This document shows, in pieces, positions 60,340 to 64,000 of a stretch of 64,000 nucleotides of DNA. The translations under genes and the position numbers were made by a program. This DNA is from Mytilus edulis (taxonomy: Eukaryota), in NCBI RefSeq assembly GCF_963676685.1, contig NC_092344.1, positions 71,734,001 to 71,798,000 on the forward strand. Reading direction: 5' to 3'. A model generated the notes under the pieces. The model searched no databases. It saw nothing but the letters and a program-made list of their open reading frames with translations, and was not told the DNA's origin. The stretch's first letter is position 1, and each line of letters opens with the position of its first letter.

Positions 60340-63300
60340 ATGTCGTTAGTGACAGGTGAGTTGAAAAGGAATAGATGCACTTGTCATCAATAGATTATGC
60401 ACATAACATTCAATTTCCTCACTGTGATTCACTGTACCATTATGAGCTCACCTCAGTCAGACAATGTCAAATTTAAAAACAGTCATGTCTTATTGGTTTT
60501 TTTTTTAATGAATATTTCATCATTGGACAAGACCTTAATAGATATAAAAGTCCTTAAACTATTTGTTTATGTTGTTTACATGCATTTTTCACATGAGTGA
60601 TTGCCTACATGTAGCTCAGATTTTACATCTAGCAACAGTCCAAAAAAAATTAAATTAAAAAATTTCAACATCTTTGAAATGTTTGATGATTGTTTGAAAA
60701 GAATTCAAGCGATAGTATTTCGAGAGAAAAATGGGATAAATGCATTATTTTTTTCGATTTTCAGTTGTAGTTCATCTAGCCGCATTTATATACAAAATTT
60801 TACTGAAATCTAATTCTGTTACTAAGCCCATTTATTTGCCCTTAAATGAATTTTCTGACTTATCAAGTGTTGGAATAAGTCTTTTTTTTGCGGACAGTTT
60901 ATATTAAAAAAAAATGAAGCCATTAAAGGGTAAAATGCAATACATGTTTGTATTTGGTCTTTTTTTTTTCCGAGTGATTCAGTTTTGCATATTTAATTTA
61001 TATGCATGTAGTTATGGAAAAAAGATAAATGTTAAATGATAATATTCCTTGAATGAAATAAATAAATAACAAAATTGGTGAGAAAAAAACTGTTGTACAT
61101 GAATATAAACTCAAGCAGTTTTCTAAATATTAAAATATGTTGTCAGTTTAAATATTATTCATAAATCAAATAGTATTGAATAGATTTATAATCCAATGAT
61201 TTATTTGGTGTAATATCCATAAAACATAAATCAAGCTATTTTGTGGGTAATCTTTGTTTCCTACCATAGTGAGACAAATTACAAAATAAATCTAGCCAAT
61301 ACATATGAAAAATGATATGATTTTTGTGATAAGAATTAAATGCATCACTGGTTAAATCTGACAGAATAAAAGCTGAAATTGTGACTTTGCCCATTTTTCA
61401 AAATCATGTATTATTGTGTTGTAAAAAATGCATTTTATCGACTGTTATAATAGCTGTTATTTTTTCAAAGTCTTTGTAATGAAATATAAGTTTTTTTTAT
61501 ATTAAATTTGTCTTGTATTGAAACCTATGAAAATCCAGAAAACGCCATTGTACGTACATATGCATGTATCAGAAGAAAATATAACATACAACATTCAATC
61601 TCCTGAAGATCTTCTTTCACTGAAAAAAAGCATGTTTTTTCTTTAAAAAGATAAAAAGAGTTTATTTTATAAGTTAATCAAGTCAAAACCAAATTTTTAA
61701 ACATTAAATGGTCTGAGCACTTTGTACAAATGTATACAGCAAATATTTGTATATATTTATGGTAAATTTTGCAGTCTGCTCGAGCAGTCTTTTAAAAAAG
61801 TTGAAATTCATGTCTGGCATGATCACATCTGTTCAGGCAAATGAAAAAATTTGCCTGACGATGATGTGATTTGCCTGGCAGATATATGTATCAAAATCCC
61901 ATAAAAAATATTTAAAACAAATCTGATATTTGGCCAAAACAACTAGCAATACTTGTCTGACAGAATCTAAATTTGCCTAACATGGCTTCAATATTTCATT
62001 GTACATGTATGTGTTATCTGTATATATAATACTAATTGAAAGTTTTGAAAATGTTTTACATATTTTGCAGACACAGATCAAGCTTCAGGATTCCTGGATC
62101 ATTTACAGAACAAGTTACGTGAACAAGGGGACTACACAAAGGATGATGACATCACATCAATCCTGTCTATGTTGGAGAGTCCATTGTTTAAACAGCTCTT
62201 GACCTTACAAGAATCACTTCATGAACTTAAACAGGTCACAAAAACCTACCCTGTAACAGAGAATGCATTTGAAATCTCTAATTCAGGTAAAGAAATAGAT
62301 TGTATCTATTATAGTGATCGATAGTCCCATTTAATCCTGTTGTATACATGTACATTTGTTTGTACAAGCATGATACAGTATATACAGAACAAGTACAGAT
62401 GTAATTTTCCATAGCAGTACACTTTCTCCAAAACAGTAAAATCAAGTGTCAAGATATTTAAAAATGTAATTCAGCTACACATGTAATTTTACTTTCAATT
62501 AAATATGTTAAATATATTTTAAAAATGCATAACTTTTCAAAATATCAAATTTAATTTGATTTTCAGGTTTGGCTCATCTAAATTTTCTTTCATTGTAAAT
62601 GCATACAAAATATGCTGGTCTGGCAGTCAAATCTTTAAAGTCTCAAAAGATAGTAGATAAGTCAAACTATAATTTATATTTGTAAATATCATCTACAACA
62701 TAATATAAACAACAAAAATCAAGAGTTTAATAAAAAAAAAATATACTAGAATGATGATTGCTTTACAACTTAAGATTTAGATATATAGAAGTTGTTCTTT
62801 CAAAATTAACATCACCATTATGACCTATCACCTGTAATTTTGATGTTTTTCACTTTTTGAAAAATTCAGATAAATTTGTAAGATAGTAAGTGACTAAGTG
62901 TTGGAAGAAAAAAATATACTCTGATCTTTCATGAGACAAAAGACAAAGAAAGATAACTCTGACATTTAAAATTTTATTTAGCATTTTGGTCTAACATTTA
63001 GATTTGATTAAACATGTACATTGTATGAGGAAAATGCATATGTGATATCACATGAAACTGCTTTAGTTTTTACATCAAAATGCAAAATGTATGTCAAAAT
63101 TCTATCACGATCAAGTTGTTTAAGTTGATTATTAATAATAATCAAGCTTTTAGGAGATGTGACATGTATAAATTTATGAAAATTTGACGTCAGCTTGAAA
63201 CTTTATCAATATAAAATTCTAAATGTAAACAAGTAAAAGTAGTTTAATTACAAGGTTAAGGGGTAACAGTTCTATATTACATTTAAGTTTGTTATTAATA

Positions 63301-63711
63301 AATAAAGCTATTCTTGTATTCATAAAAGCATAGAATGGACACATACACTTCTTCTAAGGAGAACATAAAAAGTAGTCAGTATATAATGTAGATTTTCATA
63401 TTCAACTTTTTTACAGGAGAATTGATCTTAAATGTACCCCCAGATGGAATCACCAATCCTAGTTTTAATGATACGACTGCTGATCATGATACATATGCTG
63501 TTTCTGAGGGACCTATTGCCATGCCTAGTTACGATGTGGAATTCCAAAGGGCTGTGGAAAGATCAGCTCAAGGGAGAGAAGTGGAAACTATCAAGTTATT
63601 TAAGCCAGAGAACAGCAGCTTGGGATTCAGTGTGGTCGGAATGAAGAAGAAGGATAATGCTGAGTCGGGAATATTTATACAAGATATACAGCCTGGTGGA
63701 ATCGCTGCAAG
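60340..63711 (+). CDS. MPDZ: Multiple PDZ domain protein / PATJ homolog, 5' part only; exons 60340-60355, 62071-62286, 63417-63711, continues beyond the window
   Basis: MSLVT|DTDQASGFLDHLQNKLREQGD...MLESPLFKQLLTLQESLHELKQ (L27 domain), then AQGREVETIKLFKPENSSLGFSVVGMK...GIFIQDIQPGGIAAR (first PDZ). Confidence 0.9.
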
Positions 63712-63833
63712 GTAAGGGGTTTATATATAGAATAATGGAGAATCTTTATCATTCATGGGATATCAATTTTCATGGATTTTGTGAGTAAAGGTAACCACAA
63801 TTTTAAATGTTGACAGAAGTTCACATTTTTCAA

Positions 63834-64000
63834 TAGGTTTGTAGATAGATCTTGACTGAACCTAGGTTTGTAGATAGATCTTGGCTGAACCTAGGTTTGT
63901 AGATAGATCTTGGCTGAACCTAGGTTTGTAGATAGATCTTGGCTGAACCTAGGTTTGTAGATAGATCTTGGCTGAACCTAGGTTTGTAGATAGATTTTGG
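63834..64000. repeat. 29-bp minisatellite, about 5.7 copies
   Basis: aggtttgtagatagatcttggctgaacct repeated to the window end. Confidence 0.92.

Overview
AT-rich, intron-containing animal genomic DNA; the gene content and repeat families point to a bivalve mollusc, probably Mytilus (inference). Five spliced genes were rebuilt by hand from GT-AG boundaries: a Cys-type ER glutathione peroxidase (GPx7-like, +, ends KTEL), selenoprotein P (-), an FBXO25/FBXO32 (atrogin-1) F-box gene (+), TMEM234 (-) and the 5' part of MPDZ/PATJ (+). The main signal is UGA-to-selenocysteine recoding, which the ORF track cannot show. (1) SELENOP is a 600-codon frame with 45 in-frame TGA codons and no TAA/TAG before the real stop. 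It has two SECIS elements, a GC-rich hairpin just after the ATG, and a marked positional shift in the base following UGA. (2) A Naiad-type Penelope-like retroelement in GPx7 intron 2 has one in-frame TGA joining its two apparent ORFs and carries its own SECIS, so it appears to encode a selenoprotein reverse transcriptase. (3) A second copy of that element upstream of SELENOP has about 25 A-to-G changes in its 3' UTR, resembling ADAR hyper-editing fixed by retrotransposition. The rest is Helentron/DINE-like elements with internal satellites, MITEs, SINE-like repeats, hammerhead-ribozyme-bearing repeats and a Neptune-like Penelope fragment. All counts and folds were done by eye; no database search was run.
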